DNA of 64,000 bases from Methanobacteriota archaeon (GTDB taxonomy: Archaea > Methanobacteriota > Methanobacteria > Methanobacteriales > Methanobacteriaceae). The notes beneath the pieces are model-generated. The model made no database searches. It worked only from the letters and a program-made list of their open reading frames with translations, and had not been told where the DNA came from. This document shows positions 21,780 through 31,909 of this stretch, in pieces; within the stretch, counting starts at the first letter, position 1; the number at the start of each line of letters is the position of its first letter. The stretch spans positions 1-64,000 of the forward strand of contig CAWBCJ010000010.1 in the NCBI GenBank assembly GCA_963787255.1, read 5' to 3'. The translations under genes were made by a program, and so were the position numbers.

Positions 21780-22090
21780 TTTACCATCTCAACCCCAATT
21801 ACTCGTTTTATAAGTTCCCTCATAGGATCAGTGGCCCTTTCAGACGGCCCTGTTTTATCGGGTATTTCAATTATCATAGGTAACGCGCTTGAACTTGTCA
21901 GTTTGTCAATTGTTTCTCTTAAACTGTCACCAATTTTTTCAGTGGTGATTATAATGGAAATATCTTTTTTGAACACTTCTTTAAGGGTATTTTCTGCTTC
22001 ATTTATGTCTTCCACAGGATATCCCTCTTTTATGCCTCCAAGTCTAAAGCCTGTAACTGTATCTGGATCTGCAATTACTGCTATACTCAT
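21776..22090 (-). CDS. atpF: A1Ao ATP synthase subunit F
   Basis: [18 protein letters not shown] and IEIPD motifs; operon position. Confidence 0.95.
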   Translation of the reverse strand: MSIAVIADPDTVTGFRLGGIKEGYPVEDINEAENTLKEVFKKDISIIITTEKIGDSLRETIDKLTSSSALPMIIEIPDKTGPSERATDPMRELIKRVIGVEMVK

Positions 22091-23244
22091 ATTAACATCT
22101 CCTTAATCTGTGAGTTAGGGAATCCTATCTCTCTTTTAGCGCGAGTAATTACCTTTAAGTTGCGTATTTCTTTGTCCTTTTTATTTAAGTAGCCTATGAT
22201 AGGTCCTATTCCAAAGGGTATTTTCATTGATAATGTTTTAGCTGTTTTCCGGATTTGCTGGTCTAAAGCTGCCTCAAGGGGCGCTACAGAACCTGTTTTT
22301 GTGTATTCTGCCAGTGAATCTGCCAGAATTTGTGCATATTCTGTGCCTTCAAGACTGCTTATAACTCCTCCTACATCTTCAGCTTCCATTAAATCTTTTA
22401 ACTTCCATTCCCTTATTTGATAACCTTTTGGAATAATGTAATCATTTATATCTTCATATTTCAATCCTTCAACCTTTGATCTTAAGATAATGCTTAAGTT
22501 GGTCGCGTCAACCTGTGCTCCTATATATGAATGCAAAATTCTTGTGCTTTCTTCTTCAGGATTTGATGATGCGGTTAACAAGTTATCAAGGAAATATTTG
22601 TCAAGGGCAGCTTCTAAAGGTAGGATCATGCCAGTATTTTGGTATGCTGGCAAGGCATTATCAAGAATACGTGCATATGCGGTTCCTTCAAGACTAGTTA
22701 TGATGTCGGTAATGCTTTTAGTATCTAAAAGTTTATCCATTGACTCATTTAACTCACCGAATGGAACTAAGAGATCTGATGTTTCTTCTCTAGATAGACC
22801 TGCCTCGTTTGCAATAATTATGCTTTTAATATTTGTTACATCCCATTTTTGAAGTAGAACTTTAAATATGGGTTTGATACCTCCTGGCGCAATTTTTGCC
22901 AGCGTATCATAAGTTTCTGCAAGCTGTGCATCTAGAGCCTTTTCCAGCGGATATTGATCTACATATTTTGCATACTCTGGAAGTCCTCTAAGGTAATTCT
23001 TCACTTCTTCAAGGTCATCTGCTTCTATAATTTCTGATAATTGTTTTTCTGTTAGCAGTCTTCCCATTCGTGCCCTTACTCTCGCATTAGGGTAAGCGTA
23101 AGGAAAGTTATCTAAAACTGGCCTTATAGTTGCTATTACTGCTATAACTCCAATAATAGCCCCCACTACGAATAAAAGACCTAAAAAGGATTCAATAGAG
23201 GAAAAACCCATTGCAGTTACTACTGATGTAATTTGTTCTGCCAT
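22087..23244 (-). CDS. atpC: A1Ao ATP synthase subunit C
   Basis: YAYPNARVRAR...LL and EIRNLK motifs; operon position. Confidence 0.93.
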   Translation of the reverse strand: MAEQITSVVTAMGFSSIESFLGLLFVVGAIIGVIAVIATIRPVLDNFPYAYPNARVRARMGRLLTEKQLSEIIEADDLEEVKNYLRGLPEYAKYVDQYPLEKALDAQLAETYDTLAKIAPGGIKPIFKVLLQKWDVTNIKSIIIANEAGLSREETSDLLVPFGELNESMDKLLDTKSITDIITSLEGTAYARILDNALPAYQNTGMILPLEAALDKYFLDNLLTASSNPEEESTRILHSYIGAQVDATNLSIILRSKVEGLKYEDINDYIIPKGYQIREWKLKDLMEAEDVGGVISSLEGTEYAQILADSLAEYTKTGSVAPLEAALDQQIRKTAKTLSMKIPFGIGPIIGYLNKKDKEIRNLKVITRAKREIGFPNSQIKEMLI

Positions 23245-23255
23245 GATATTTCCTC

Positions 23256-23879
23256 CTAGCTAAATAGTACCTTTGCAACCTCTGATCGTAGAACTTTTTT
23301 GAATCTCTGCATTCTTGCTTCGATTGTGTTGTTAACTTCAATGTTTCCATTTTTAGTTTTTACAACTGCTCCACCAATCGTATTAATGTTTTCCCCAATT
23401 ACTAAGGTCGTTTTGTTACTGGTCTTTTCTTCTATATCTTTTTCAATTGATGGAATTGCATCTTTTATTTTGGCAACATCCTCTTCCTTTAAAGATAATA
23501 TCAAATCTCCCCCTCCAATCTCAGCAGATGCTTCTGTTATGATCTTTTTAAGGGAATCTTTGTATTCTTCAGATGAAGTGGATGCAATTTTTTGCAATTC
23601 TTCTGCAGCGTTTTTAAATGCGCTTTCTATAACTTCTTCTCTTGCTTCAAGCTCTGCTCTTCTGGCGTTCATTTTAGCTTCAGAAATGAGCTGCTGATAC
23701 TTCATTGCAGACTGTTTTTTTGCATTTTCCAGAATTCTTTCTTTTTCAAGAGCTGCTTCTTTTTCGCCTTCTTCAACGATAAGTGCAGCTTCTTTTTCAG
23801 CTTCCTGGATTATGGCATCAGCCTTACTTTGAGCCTCAGATAGTATGCTTGAGACAATTTTATCTGCCCCGGAGCTCAT
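23256..23879 (-). CDS. atpE: A1Ao ATP synthase subunit E
   Basis: Coiled N-terminus; IGG...NNTIEAR; operon position. Confidence 0.93.
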   Translation of the reverse strand: MSSGADKIVSSILSEAQSKADAIIQEAEKEAALIVEEGEKEAALEKERILENAKKQSAMKYQQLISEAKMNARRAELEAREEVIESAFKNAAEELQKIASTSSEEYKDSLKKIITEASAEIGGGDLILSLKEEDVAKIKDAIPSIEKDIEEKTSNKTTLVIGENINTIGGAVVKTKNGNIEVNNTIEARMQRFKKVLRSEVAKVLFS

Positions 23880-23883
23880 CTAA

Positions 23884-24372
23884 TTATCCTCCAAGGATTC
23901 CACCGAATACCATTAACAATATAGCAATCAGGAAACCATAAATAGCCTGTGTCTCTGATAGAGCGGAGAATATAATACCTCTTGCAAACATGTCAGCATC
24001 TTCTACTACAGCACCTACTGAGGATGCAGCAGTAATACCTTGACCCATACCTGAACCAAGACCTGCAAAACCGATTGCAGCTCCTGCACCGATAGCTACA
24101 AGTCCTGAAGTAACACTAAGCCCAGCTCCTCCTCCGAGCAGACCAGAGAATACAAGTAACAATATAGCAATCAAGAATCCGTAAATAGCCTGTGTTTCGG
24201 GTAATGCAGAGAATATAATACCTCTTGCAAACATGTCATTATCCTCTGCAACAGCGCCTACACTCCCTGCTGCTGCTATACCTTGCCCTAAACCTGATCC
24301 TAATCCAGCAAAACCTACGGCCACACCCGCACCTATTGCTGCTAAAGCTGTACCTAAAGCAATTTCTACCAT
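23884..24372 (-). CDS. atpK: A1Ao ATP synthase proteolipid K (c) with two hairpins
   Basis: Internal duplication; both halves have GQG...ETQAIYG (Na+-site-type Q/E/T residues). Confidence 0.96.
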   Translation of the reverse strand: MVEIALGTALAAIGAGVAVGFAGLGSGLGQGIAAAGSVGAVAEDNDMFARGIIFSALPETQAIYGFLIAILLLVFSGLLGGGAGLSVTSGLVAIGAGAAIGFAGLGSGMGQGITAASSVGAVVEDADMFARGIIFSALSETQAIYGFLIAILLMVFGGILGG

Positions 24373-26395
24373 TTATTTACCTCCTAAATTCGTAAGTTTT
24401 CTTTTTGTACGGAAAGCCCTGAATTTGGTACTTCCGCCGATGTAAAATTGACCAAAAAATTCAACATAATGTAAACGGAGCGAATTAATAAATGCTCCAA
24501 GAGTCTGGAATGCACCATTAGCAATGTGCCCACCAACGGATACTATTACAACTAATATAATTCCAATAATACCCCCAGTAACATCACCTATTAAATTTGC
24601 AAGTATATTTACTGTGGTTGCTATTCCACCAGTTGCAAGACAAAGTGCAAGCAATCTGGCATAGGATAATATTGTTCCTAAGAACCCTGAAATATCCATG
24701 ATTCCAAGGGCTCCGTTGAAATACACCAACATTCCTACGGCTACTAAAATTAATGCTCCTCCAGCGTATAATATAATAGGACCTAATCCCATCATGTAGC
24801 TAGCAGCCAAAAGACCGACACCTACAAGCATAATTAGCCATACTATTTGTTCTCCTAACGCTTCACGTAGATTTCCCATTTTAATATTGTCCATTGCTCC
24901 AATTGCTAATCCTATAATTGTGTATATGACACCTACAAGTAAAGCCCAGATCAATATGTTTTGAGGGAATACAAATGAGTTAACAGCAGCTATAGTTGTT
25001 GGAATCGCTGCATTAGGATCTCCCATGAACCATCTAGGGAAAAAGTCCCCAAAGAAACTATTAGTAACCAGACCGAGTATGACTGCCCATACACCACATG
25101 CAACAAGAATTAGACCTAAATCACGCATTACTTTATTGACTTTTCCTAATCCAAAAACTAAGACTAGTCCAATAAGTGCATCTGCTAGACCATATCCCGC
25201 ATCTGTAAGACAGAAACCAAAGAAAAATGGAAATACTATTGCCATTAGTATAGTAGGATCGGTTTCTTTGTATCTAGGGGGGGAATACATATTTACGAAT
25301 AATTCGTAGGGTTTAGCAAAACGAGGGTTGTCCAGATGAATTGGAATTTCATCATTCTCTTGAGGATCTGTAACTTCAATAATAGAATGACCTTCACTAG
25401 ATTCGTTGATTATTTCAACAGCTTTGTCCAATTTCTTCTCTGGAACCCATGCTTCTAACATTAAGGTTTTTTCTGTTTCTCCAAATGAGGAAAATATTTC
25501 ATTTCTGTCTTTTTCAATTTCAAGCTGTTCTTTTAATGCTAAAAGAATCATTTATCCATTGCTCTGCAATATCTGCAAGATTATCCATGAGTTGATTCTT
25601 TTCATTATCAATTTCGCCAATTCTGGATTCTGAATTTCTGATTATTGCATCTGGTTTCCCAGATAATCCAGAAATATCATATAATTCGAATTCATATTTT
25701 CTAAGAAGAGATGAAACTTCATTGCTGAATTCTTTTAAAGTAACCAAAATTATTGTTTTATAACTATCTTTATCTTCAGAGTGCTCTGAGATTACAATTT
25801 TGTCTGTTACTGCTTCAACTTCTTTTTTGAATTTTTCAAATGCCGGAGTAGGCATTTTTCCAGCTATTGCAGAAATATAATGTGAATCTTTTAAATCACT
25901 AAAATCAATATCAAAATTTTTCAATTTGTTTGCAACGCTGAGTGCATTTACAAGTTCATTTTTTTCAGTATCAAGTACTGTTAATCTTTCTTCGATTGTT
26001 TTGGTTTTTCCTTCCACTTCTGCAAGGATGGTCTCTGCGTGTTCAATAAGATCTGGAGCATCTAAATGCTCAACATCTTTCTTCTCTGGGACCTTTGGAT
26101 TTATCATGCTCAAAATACCCTTAAGCATGCTTCCTTCTTTTCTTTCTGCGGATTTTAAAAAATCTATTATTCCAGCAGTTTTCATCTGAAGAGAGGATAT
26201 TTTACCGGTATAAGCAGTTGCCTTTGACGGTTTCATGATCTGTCTCCATTCCGCATCGTTTTGGATGCGTTCAGAGATGTCATGAATTTGAACAATTTCC
26301 TCTTCCTGAAGAGAACTTACCACAGAATTAGAGTAAGCATCTAAAGTGAGTATTTTAAGCTTTTTCATTCTCGCGGGCTTAAACATATTCACCAC
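24373..26395 (-). CDS. atpI: A1Ao ATP synthase subunit I (a), split by a one-base insertion near 25547
   Basis: N-half MFKPARMKK (25520..26395) and C-half with SYARLLAL and LRLHYVEFF (24373..25551). Removing one T restores ...WINDLLALKEQ. Confidence 0.93.
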
Positions 26396-26423
26396 TTTAT
26401 TTTTTTAACTAACGAGAATCAGT

Positions 26424-26738
26424 TTATAGTACATTTTTAACTATAATTTCCACAGCTTCATCAATTTTGCCTGTAGCCTGATTTTTTGTATTTTTTATAT
26501 TCTCGTCAGTATTTTTTGATATCTGGATTGTTTCGTTTTTAGCATCTTCTTCTGCTTTAAAGATTATTTCACCAGTATCTTCATAAGCTTCATCTTTTGC
26601 ATTTTGAATAAGTGCTTTGGCTTTTTCTCTTGCCTTTTCTTTCATTTCGGAGGATGCTTGCTTAGTATCCTCTATTAGCTTATCGGCGTCATTTTCGGCC
26701 TTTTTAATCGTTGTAATTGCTTCTGATATCGATATCAT
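26424..26738 (-). CDS. atpH: A1Ao ATP synthase subunit H
   Basis: IKKAE..A coiled coil of 104 aa; first gene of the operon. Confidence 0.88.
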   Translation of the reverse strand: MISISEAITTIKKAENDADKLIEDTKQASSEMKEKAREKAKALIQNAKDEAYEDTGEIIFKAEEDAKNETIQISKNTDENIKNTKNQATGKIDEAVEIIVKNVL

Positions 26739-26837
26739 TTTGAACCACCATGATAAATGAACTCTATATAGAGTTATATTTATCTTTTGCTATTTAATTT
26801 TAAGATATAGGGTTTTAAATAGTATTTAAAAATCGTA

Positions 26838-27659
26838 TCATTTATTATTGTGATCTATTCCTCTTGGCTCTTCATGACCGTCATAATAAATTTCCTCTAT
26901 GTCAAAAAGCTTTCTGAAAGGAGCTTCACGTGTTTTTTCCTCATGTACGTGGGCAATAATTGCAGGAATCCTCCCTATCATGAAAATTCCGGTTCCAACA
27001 CTCCAATCAAAACCCATATCTGATAATATTGATCCATTGGCACCGTCAATATTCATTCTAATGCCTTTCTCTTCAAGAAGAATACTTTGAATTGTTAGAG
27101 CAAGTTCAGTGTGTATTCCTGTACATTTGTACTTTTTGGCAAGATCCATAAGTTTGGGTGCTCGGGGGTCTTCATCGTGATATCGGTGACCAAAACCAGG
27201 TATCTTTTCTCCACATTCTAGAGATTCGTAGACTATTTCTCTTGCAACTGATTCTATATCTCCATCGAATCTTTTAACACCTTCTTGAAGAGTTTTCATG
27301 GTATTTTCTATGGCTCCTGCATGATGTTTTCCAAAGGCTAAGAGTCCTCCTCCAACACAGGCATGCATTGGAGATCCGGTAGAAGCCATGATTCTGGCAG
27401 CTTGAGTACTGGGAGGAGTTACACCATGATCGCAGAAGGAAATCAAAACTGCTTCAAGCATTTTTGCTTCATTCTTTGACGGTATTTCTCCCTTTATAAG
27501 TAAATAAACCATTTCAGGGAAAGAAACATTCCCTATAAGGTCTTCCTGTGGGTATCCTCTTGTTGTAAGCCTATTTGGTTCTACTCTGGTTATACCTGTT
27601 TTCCATTTAGGATTACTCAGTTTTAGTATGTTTTCTATGGATTCTCTTCCTATTGCCAT
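26838..27659 (-). CDS. Citrate-synthase-superfamily protein (citryl-CoA lyase-like)
   Basis: DHGVTPPST, HAGA, IPGFGHRYH..DPR and NIDG motifs; probable start MAIGRES at 27659. Confidence 0.88.
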   Translation of the reverse strand: MAIGRESIENILKLSNPKWKTGITRVEPNRLTTRGYPQEDLIGNVSFPEMVYLLIKGEIPSKNEAKMLEAVLISFCDHGVTPPSTQAARIMASTGSPMHACVGGGLLAFGKHHAGAIENTMKTLQEGVKRFDGDIESVAREIVYESLECGEKIPGFGHRYHDEDPRAPKLMDLAKKYKCTGIHTELALTIQSILLEEKGIRMNIDGANGSILSDMGFDWSVGTGIFMIGRIPAIIAHVHEEKTREAPFRKLFDIEEIYYDGHEEPRGIDHNNK

Positions 27660-27664
27660 GATAA

Positions 27665-28525
27665 TCACTCCAGAATTGAGGAAGGGAGGAATACTGATGA
27701 TCTTCTTGGTTCTACACAGCAGCAAGGTCTCATAGATAAAATTCTAACACCACTTGCCCGTTGAGGACCAACTTTAACAAAAGATCCAAGTGCAGTTACC
27801 GAGCCGCCAATTCCAAGGGTTCCTACTTTGGAATTGTTGATGGATTCTGTAATTTCCTCTTCTATTTTGGATTGTTTGTTTAAATTCCCGTGTGCCATTG
27901 CCTTTAACATCAATGACGAAGCTTCAAAATGAGTTCTACCAATGCCTATAGCAGGGATGCATGGTGTGCACCCAAGCATTTGTATCTCTGATCTCATGCA
28001 TGTTGATACTTCATTAAATACTTTTCTATTATCTCTCTTGTGGAAAACTCTATATGTTGAGGCCCTTATCTCTGGACCGCCGCCTAACATTAAAACAGTA
28101 ATATTCACACCATTTTCTTCAGTTTTATCAACTATAAAGGATGGGGGAATCAGCTTTCCAGGATCTTCATATAATCCTTTACTTTGTTCTATTCGTTCAA
28201 TAGCGTTTCCACGCACTGCCATTGGTCGTGCAGGAAGTTCTTGCAAACCTTTTTCTATGCCCTGCCTTATATCTTCGAAAAAATTCCCCTGTAGTTTTAT
28301 ATCTTTTCCAATTTCTACTAAAACATGGGGAATTCCTGTATCATCGCAAAGGGGGAATTTATTTTCATTTGCTATTTTCGCATTTTGGATTAAAAGTTCA
28401 AGCATCCAGGAAGCATTTTCACTTGTTTCCATTTCCAGAGCTCTTTTATATGCATCGAACTGGTCTTTTCTAAAGGTGGTGCTGGCTTCAATTACAACAT
28501 CACTGATTAAATTAACTATCTCCAT
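27665..28525 (-). CDS. Fe-S hydro-lyase, fumarate hydratase/tartrate dehydratase alpha-like
   Basis: PLCDDTG, GGGPE, GCTP..P.IGIG and CC motifs. Confidence 0.85.
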   Translation of the reverse strand: MEIVNLISDVVIEASTTFRKDQFDAYKRALEMETSENASWMLELLIQNAKIANENKFPLCDDTGIPHVLVEIGKDIKLQGNFFEDIRQGIEKGLQELPARPMAVRGNAIERIEQSKGLYEDPGKLIPPSFIVDKTEENGVNITVLMLGGGPEIRASTYRVFHKRDNRKVFNEVSTCMRSEIQMLGCTPCIPAIGIGRTHFEASSLMLKAMAHGNLNKQSKIEEEITESINNSKVGTLGIGGSVTALGSFVKVGPQRASGVRILSMRPCCCVEPRRSSVFLPSSILE

Positions 28526-28553
28526 CTAAAACACTTCCTAAAATTATTATGAA

Positions 28554-28657
28554 TCATTTTTGGTTTTGCTAAATCACATGATTCTCTTTTGGACATTAGA
28601 GCATTATTGTAATATCTATTTAGCATGTCGTAGACAAGTGAAAACCTGCTTTATATG
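28554..28657 (-). repeat. Degenerate direct copy of the 3' end of the upstream U32-like gene
   Basis: Aligns with 28699..28800; shared blocks TTGCTAAATC, CTCTTTTGGACATTA and ATTGTAATATCTATTTA. Confidence 0.9.
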
Positions 28658-28698
28658 ATTAAATTATCTATTTTCGTCTAAAAACTTTTAATACTAAT

Positions 28699-29592
28699 TT
28701 ATTTTGGAATTGCTAAATCCGCAGCTCCTCTTTTGGACATTATGGCATCATTGTAATATCTATTTATCATGTCCTGAACGAGTGAAACCTGTCTTATACG
28801 CTCTCCTGCTTGCTTTTCGGTTGTATCCCAACCATGATGTCCTGCAACTGCACCTCCAGTTTTAAGGTAAACTGGTGCTGCGTATTTTATTATCTCCGGA
28901 ACTTCGTAGTGTCTTATAAATCCGCCGGAAGATTTTGGGTTTTCTGTGTGCAGGTCAATTGAAATATCAATTGCATTTCTTAAGGATGCAATCATTGGAA
29001 TTTGCAGGTCTCTTACAGGGTTAAATGAATCTGCACCAATTTCTTGCAGTAGCTTTGCTGATGCAGGATTACCGTGTCCAGTGTGGGCAGATATTTTAAA
29101 ATGTGTATCTCCCGGTATTTCACCTGTTTCACGCATTTTATTAAGTGTCCATAATAGTCCTTCGTCGTAGACTACAATTCCCCTAATTCCAAGTTCTACA
29201 GCTCTTTTAACATCTTCAATAGCATAAACGAGATTATCATATCCTCTTAACCTGTATCCAATTCTTTTTCCTTCTTCTGTTTTTGCTGAAGCGCTTGTGT
29301 CGTAGGTTGCACGCGGTCCAACACTTAAAAATAGCTCTATTTTTGCATCCTTTGCAATATCTATCATTTCAAGTATTTCAGAATCTGTTAGAAGCATTAT
29401 TCCTTTTGTCTGGGTTACTCTGTGAACTTCAACATCATATTTATCTGTTGCATCAATAAGTGCTCTCATTGCAGATGGTTTCTGGATTCCTGGCACTTCA
29501 AATCTGTATTGTGAACTATCTGCAAATCTCTTTTTTGATTCAATCAGCTTATTTTCTATTCCTAATGTTTTAAGAAATTCTTTGGTTTTCAT
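28699..29592 (-). CDS. Peptidase-U32-like TIM-barrel protein of unknown function
   Basis: KISAHTGHGNP..AKLL..IGADSFNP.RDL, IDLH and APVYLKTG motifs. Confidence 0.7.
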   Translation of the reverse strand: MKTKEFLKTLGIENKLIESKKRFADSSQYRFEVPGIQKPSAMRALIDATDKYDVEVHRVTQTKGIMLLTDSEILEMIDIAKDAKIELFLSVGPRATYDTSASAKTEEGKRIGYRLRGYDNLVYAIEDVKRAVELGIRGIVVYDEGLLWTLNKMRETGEIPGDTHFKISAHTGHGNPASAKLLQEIGADSFNPVRDLQIPMIASLRNAIDISIDLHTENPKSSGGFIRHYEVPEIIKYAAPVYLKTGGAVAGHHGWDTTEKQAGERIRQVSLVQDMINRYYNDAIMSKRGAADLAIPK

Positions 29593-30911
29593 TTAATATC
29601 CCGTCCCTTGAATTCACTATTAATCAGTATCATTAATTCTTTAACGTTATAATTCTCTAAATTATCCATTATATCCATAATATTAGTATTAATTTCAGGA
29701 TTTAAACTATAAAACTTATTTAATAGTTCGTATTTAGTAAATTGATTTTCAGGCTCGCCTTTAGGCAAATCTACTCTGTTATAATAAGATTGATCATCTG
29801 TTTGAATAGTAACTTCAGAAGATCTTTTATGTGGGTAGAGGTCATCCAGATTTTCGCTACATTCAATGACAATTTTTCTGGAAATTTCTGCTATATCTCC
29901 ATTAATTTCAAGATTATCAAGGCTTAAATCTCTATTTTTAAGCGCAATGGCGAGGCTTAAGGGTAAACTTTGCCTCAGCGCTTCAACTGTTTCTGGATTA
30001 TAGTTTTCGTGATTAGCAGCAATTCTATATGTTTTAACTGTTATTTTTTTAATATTTTCAGCTTTTAAATCGTTATTATTTATGATATTTAATGCAGCGT
30101 CAATTGTAGAATGCAGATGTCTGCACACGGGATATTTTTTAAAGTATACATTTAAAATATGGAAATTTCCTATTTCAACTTGCTTTTTTTCAACGTTAGA
30201 TTTTGCCATTGCAGATAAAAAACCTTCTTTACCTTCAATTATAGTTGAAGCACCTGTAAATCCTTCTCTTGCGAGAAATGCTGATAAAACACCTGATTGG
30301 GCTGCTTTTCCTGCGTGAAGGTGTTTTCCCATTGATCCAATGTGGTCTGATTCTAAAAGACCGCTGGCCTGGGTTCCTGCAAGTCCAAGCGCATTTATGA
30401 TCTGTTTTTTATCTAAATTTAAGGCTTTGCAAGCTGCTGCTGCAGCTCCAAATGTTCCACATGTCCCTGTACTGTGAAATCCTCTATTTCTATGTTCTGG
30501 ATTTACTAGCATTCCTAATGAAATTGCAATTTCGTATCCTGCTACAATGGAGCTTATAAGTTCCTTTCCCTTTTTATTATTCGCTTCGCAGATTGAGAGC
30601 GCTGCAGGAATAACGCATACTCCAGGATGGATCTGGGCCATTCTACTTCCATCATCTAAATCAAGTGAATGTGCAGCTACACCATTAGCAAGTGCAGAAT
30701 CAAGAACTGTTGATTTTTCATGCCCAATAACAGTCGATTCATTATCTTTTTTAATAATTGTATTCACTGCAATTGCACTTTTTGTTTTAGATCCCCTTAA
30801 AGTGACTCCTAAAAAGTCTAAAAAACAGAGTTTAGCCTTTTCTGTAACTTCATCAGGGAGATCATTATAATTAACATTGACGATGAAATCTGCAAATTTT
30901 TTTGTTATCAT
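29589..30911 (-). CDS. MmgE/PrpD family protein
   Basis: NGVAAHSLDLDD, HPG, GFHSTG, K.LHAG, GFTG and KKYPVCRHLH motifs. Confidence 0.92.
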   Translation of the reverse strand: MITKKFADFIVNVNYNDLPDEVTEKAKLCFLDFLGVTLRGSKTKSAIAVNTIIKKDNESTVIGHEKSTVLDSALANGVAAHSLDLDDGSRMAQIHPGVCVIPAALSICEANNKKGKELISSIVAGYEIAISLGMLVNPEHRNRGFHSTGTCGTFGAAAAACKALNLDKKQIINALGLAGTQASGLLESDHIGSMGKHLHAGKAAQSGVLSAFLAREGFTGASTIIEGKEGFLSAMAKSNVEKKQVEIGNFHILNVYFKKYPVCRHLHSTIDAALNIINNNDLKAENIKKITVKTYRIAANHENYNPETVEALRQSLPLSLAIALKNRDLSLDNLEINGDIAEISRKIVIECSENLDDLYPHKRSSEVTIQTDDQSYYNRVDLPKGEPENQFTKYELLNKFYSLNPEINTNIMDIMDNLENYNVKELMILINSEFKGRDIK

Positions 30912-31411
30912 TGATCTCCAATTCTAAGTTCATAGGATAAACTTTTTGCTTATTTACTCAATTCTATATTATAAAAGATTTAGATAAAAAAATAAGGATT
31001 TATATAATAATTTTCCAACAATAGCGTATTTTAGTGGTATTTAAGGATTATTAGGTGAATAAATTCATTTTAATATGATGTATTATTTTAATTTTTTTAA
31101 ATTATTTAAAAATAAATGGTTATAAGTTACTAAATGTAGTTTGATAAATTAGATTGTTGTCCTTTTTATTAGTAATAGTATTTGGTAAAGTAATATGATA
31201 TTTATTAGTTTTTAATTTAAGTATTATGATATGCATCTTCGTTATTATATGGAATACCTTTTTATAGGATTAAATACATATCTTAAGACACATCAGGGTT
31301 TCAGAAGCATTCTATTGATTGAATAATGACAAATTTATTTACCCATAAACTATGGGTAATTCTAATATCTTCTTACGGCCTGATCATAAAAAAAATGGAG
31401 AATGTGATGAT

Positions 31412-31858
31412 ATGGGTGATCTTCAATTTACTAAAGTATTACTAATTGAGGATAATAATGCAGAAGCACGCTTGTTTAAAGAAGCGTTTAAAGAATCCAG
31501 ATTCAAAAACGAATTCTACACAGTAAAAAATGGTACAGAGGCTATTAATTTTTTAAATCAAGAAAATAAGTATACCAATGCGCCTAGACCAGATCTAATT
31601 TTACTTGATCTAAATTTACCCCGCATAGATGGTCTTGATATACTAAAAAAAGTTAAAAATAACACTGAATTGAAATTAATTCCAGTAATGATCCTTTCAG
31701 CCTCTATTAACGATAAAGACATGATACACGCTTATGGATACCATGCAAATGCATTTATCATAAAACCAAGCGATTACTCATCATTAATTAAATTTTCAGA
31801 CTCTCTTGGAAACTTTTGGAGTAAATGGGTTAAACTTCCTAGTGAAGCAGAGGTATAA
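31412..31858 (+). CDS. Single-domain response regulator (Rcp1-like)
   Basis: LLIEDN, PDLILLDLNLPRIDG and KP motifs; probable start MGDLQF. Confidence 0.9.
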   Translation: MGDLQFTKVLLIEDNNAEARLFKEAFKESRFKNEFYTVKNGTEAINFLNQENKYTNAPRPDLILLDLNLPRIDGLDILKKVKNNTELKLIPVMILSASINDKDMIHAYGYHANAFIIKPSDYSSLIKFSDSLGNFWSKWVKLPSEAEV

Positions 31859-31909
31859 TCAAAGATTTTTATAAAAGAAAAATATAAAGAAAAAAAACTT
31901 TAAAACAGT

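Noticed and set aside
23884-24372. Duplicated proteolipid as a novelty
   Set aside because: Two-hairpin c subunits are already established for Methanobacteriales.
17967-26189. Numerous plus-strand ORFs antisense to the ATP synthase genes (and similar shadow ORFs elsewhere)
   Set aside because: They are reverse-frame shadows of conserved genes, with no motifs or RBS.
24373-26395. Genuinely split or programmed-frameshift atpI
   Set aside because: A single extra base at a GATC, no slippery sequence, and the same error type in another gene; a sequencing artefact is far more likely.
28554-28800. Diversity-generating retroelement TR/VR pair
   Set aside because: Mismatches are not confined to adenines, indels are present, and there is no reverse transcriptase in the window.
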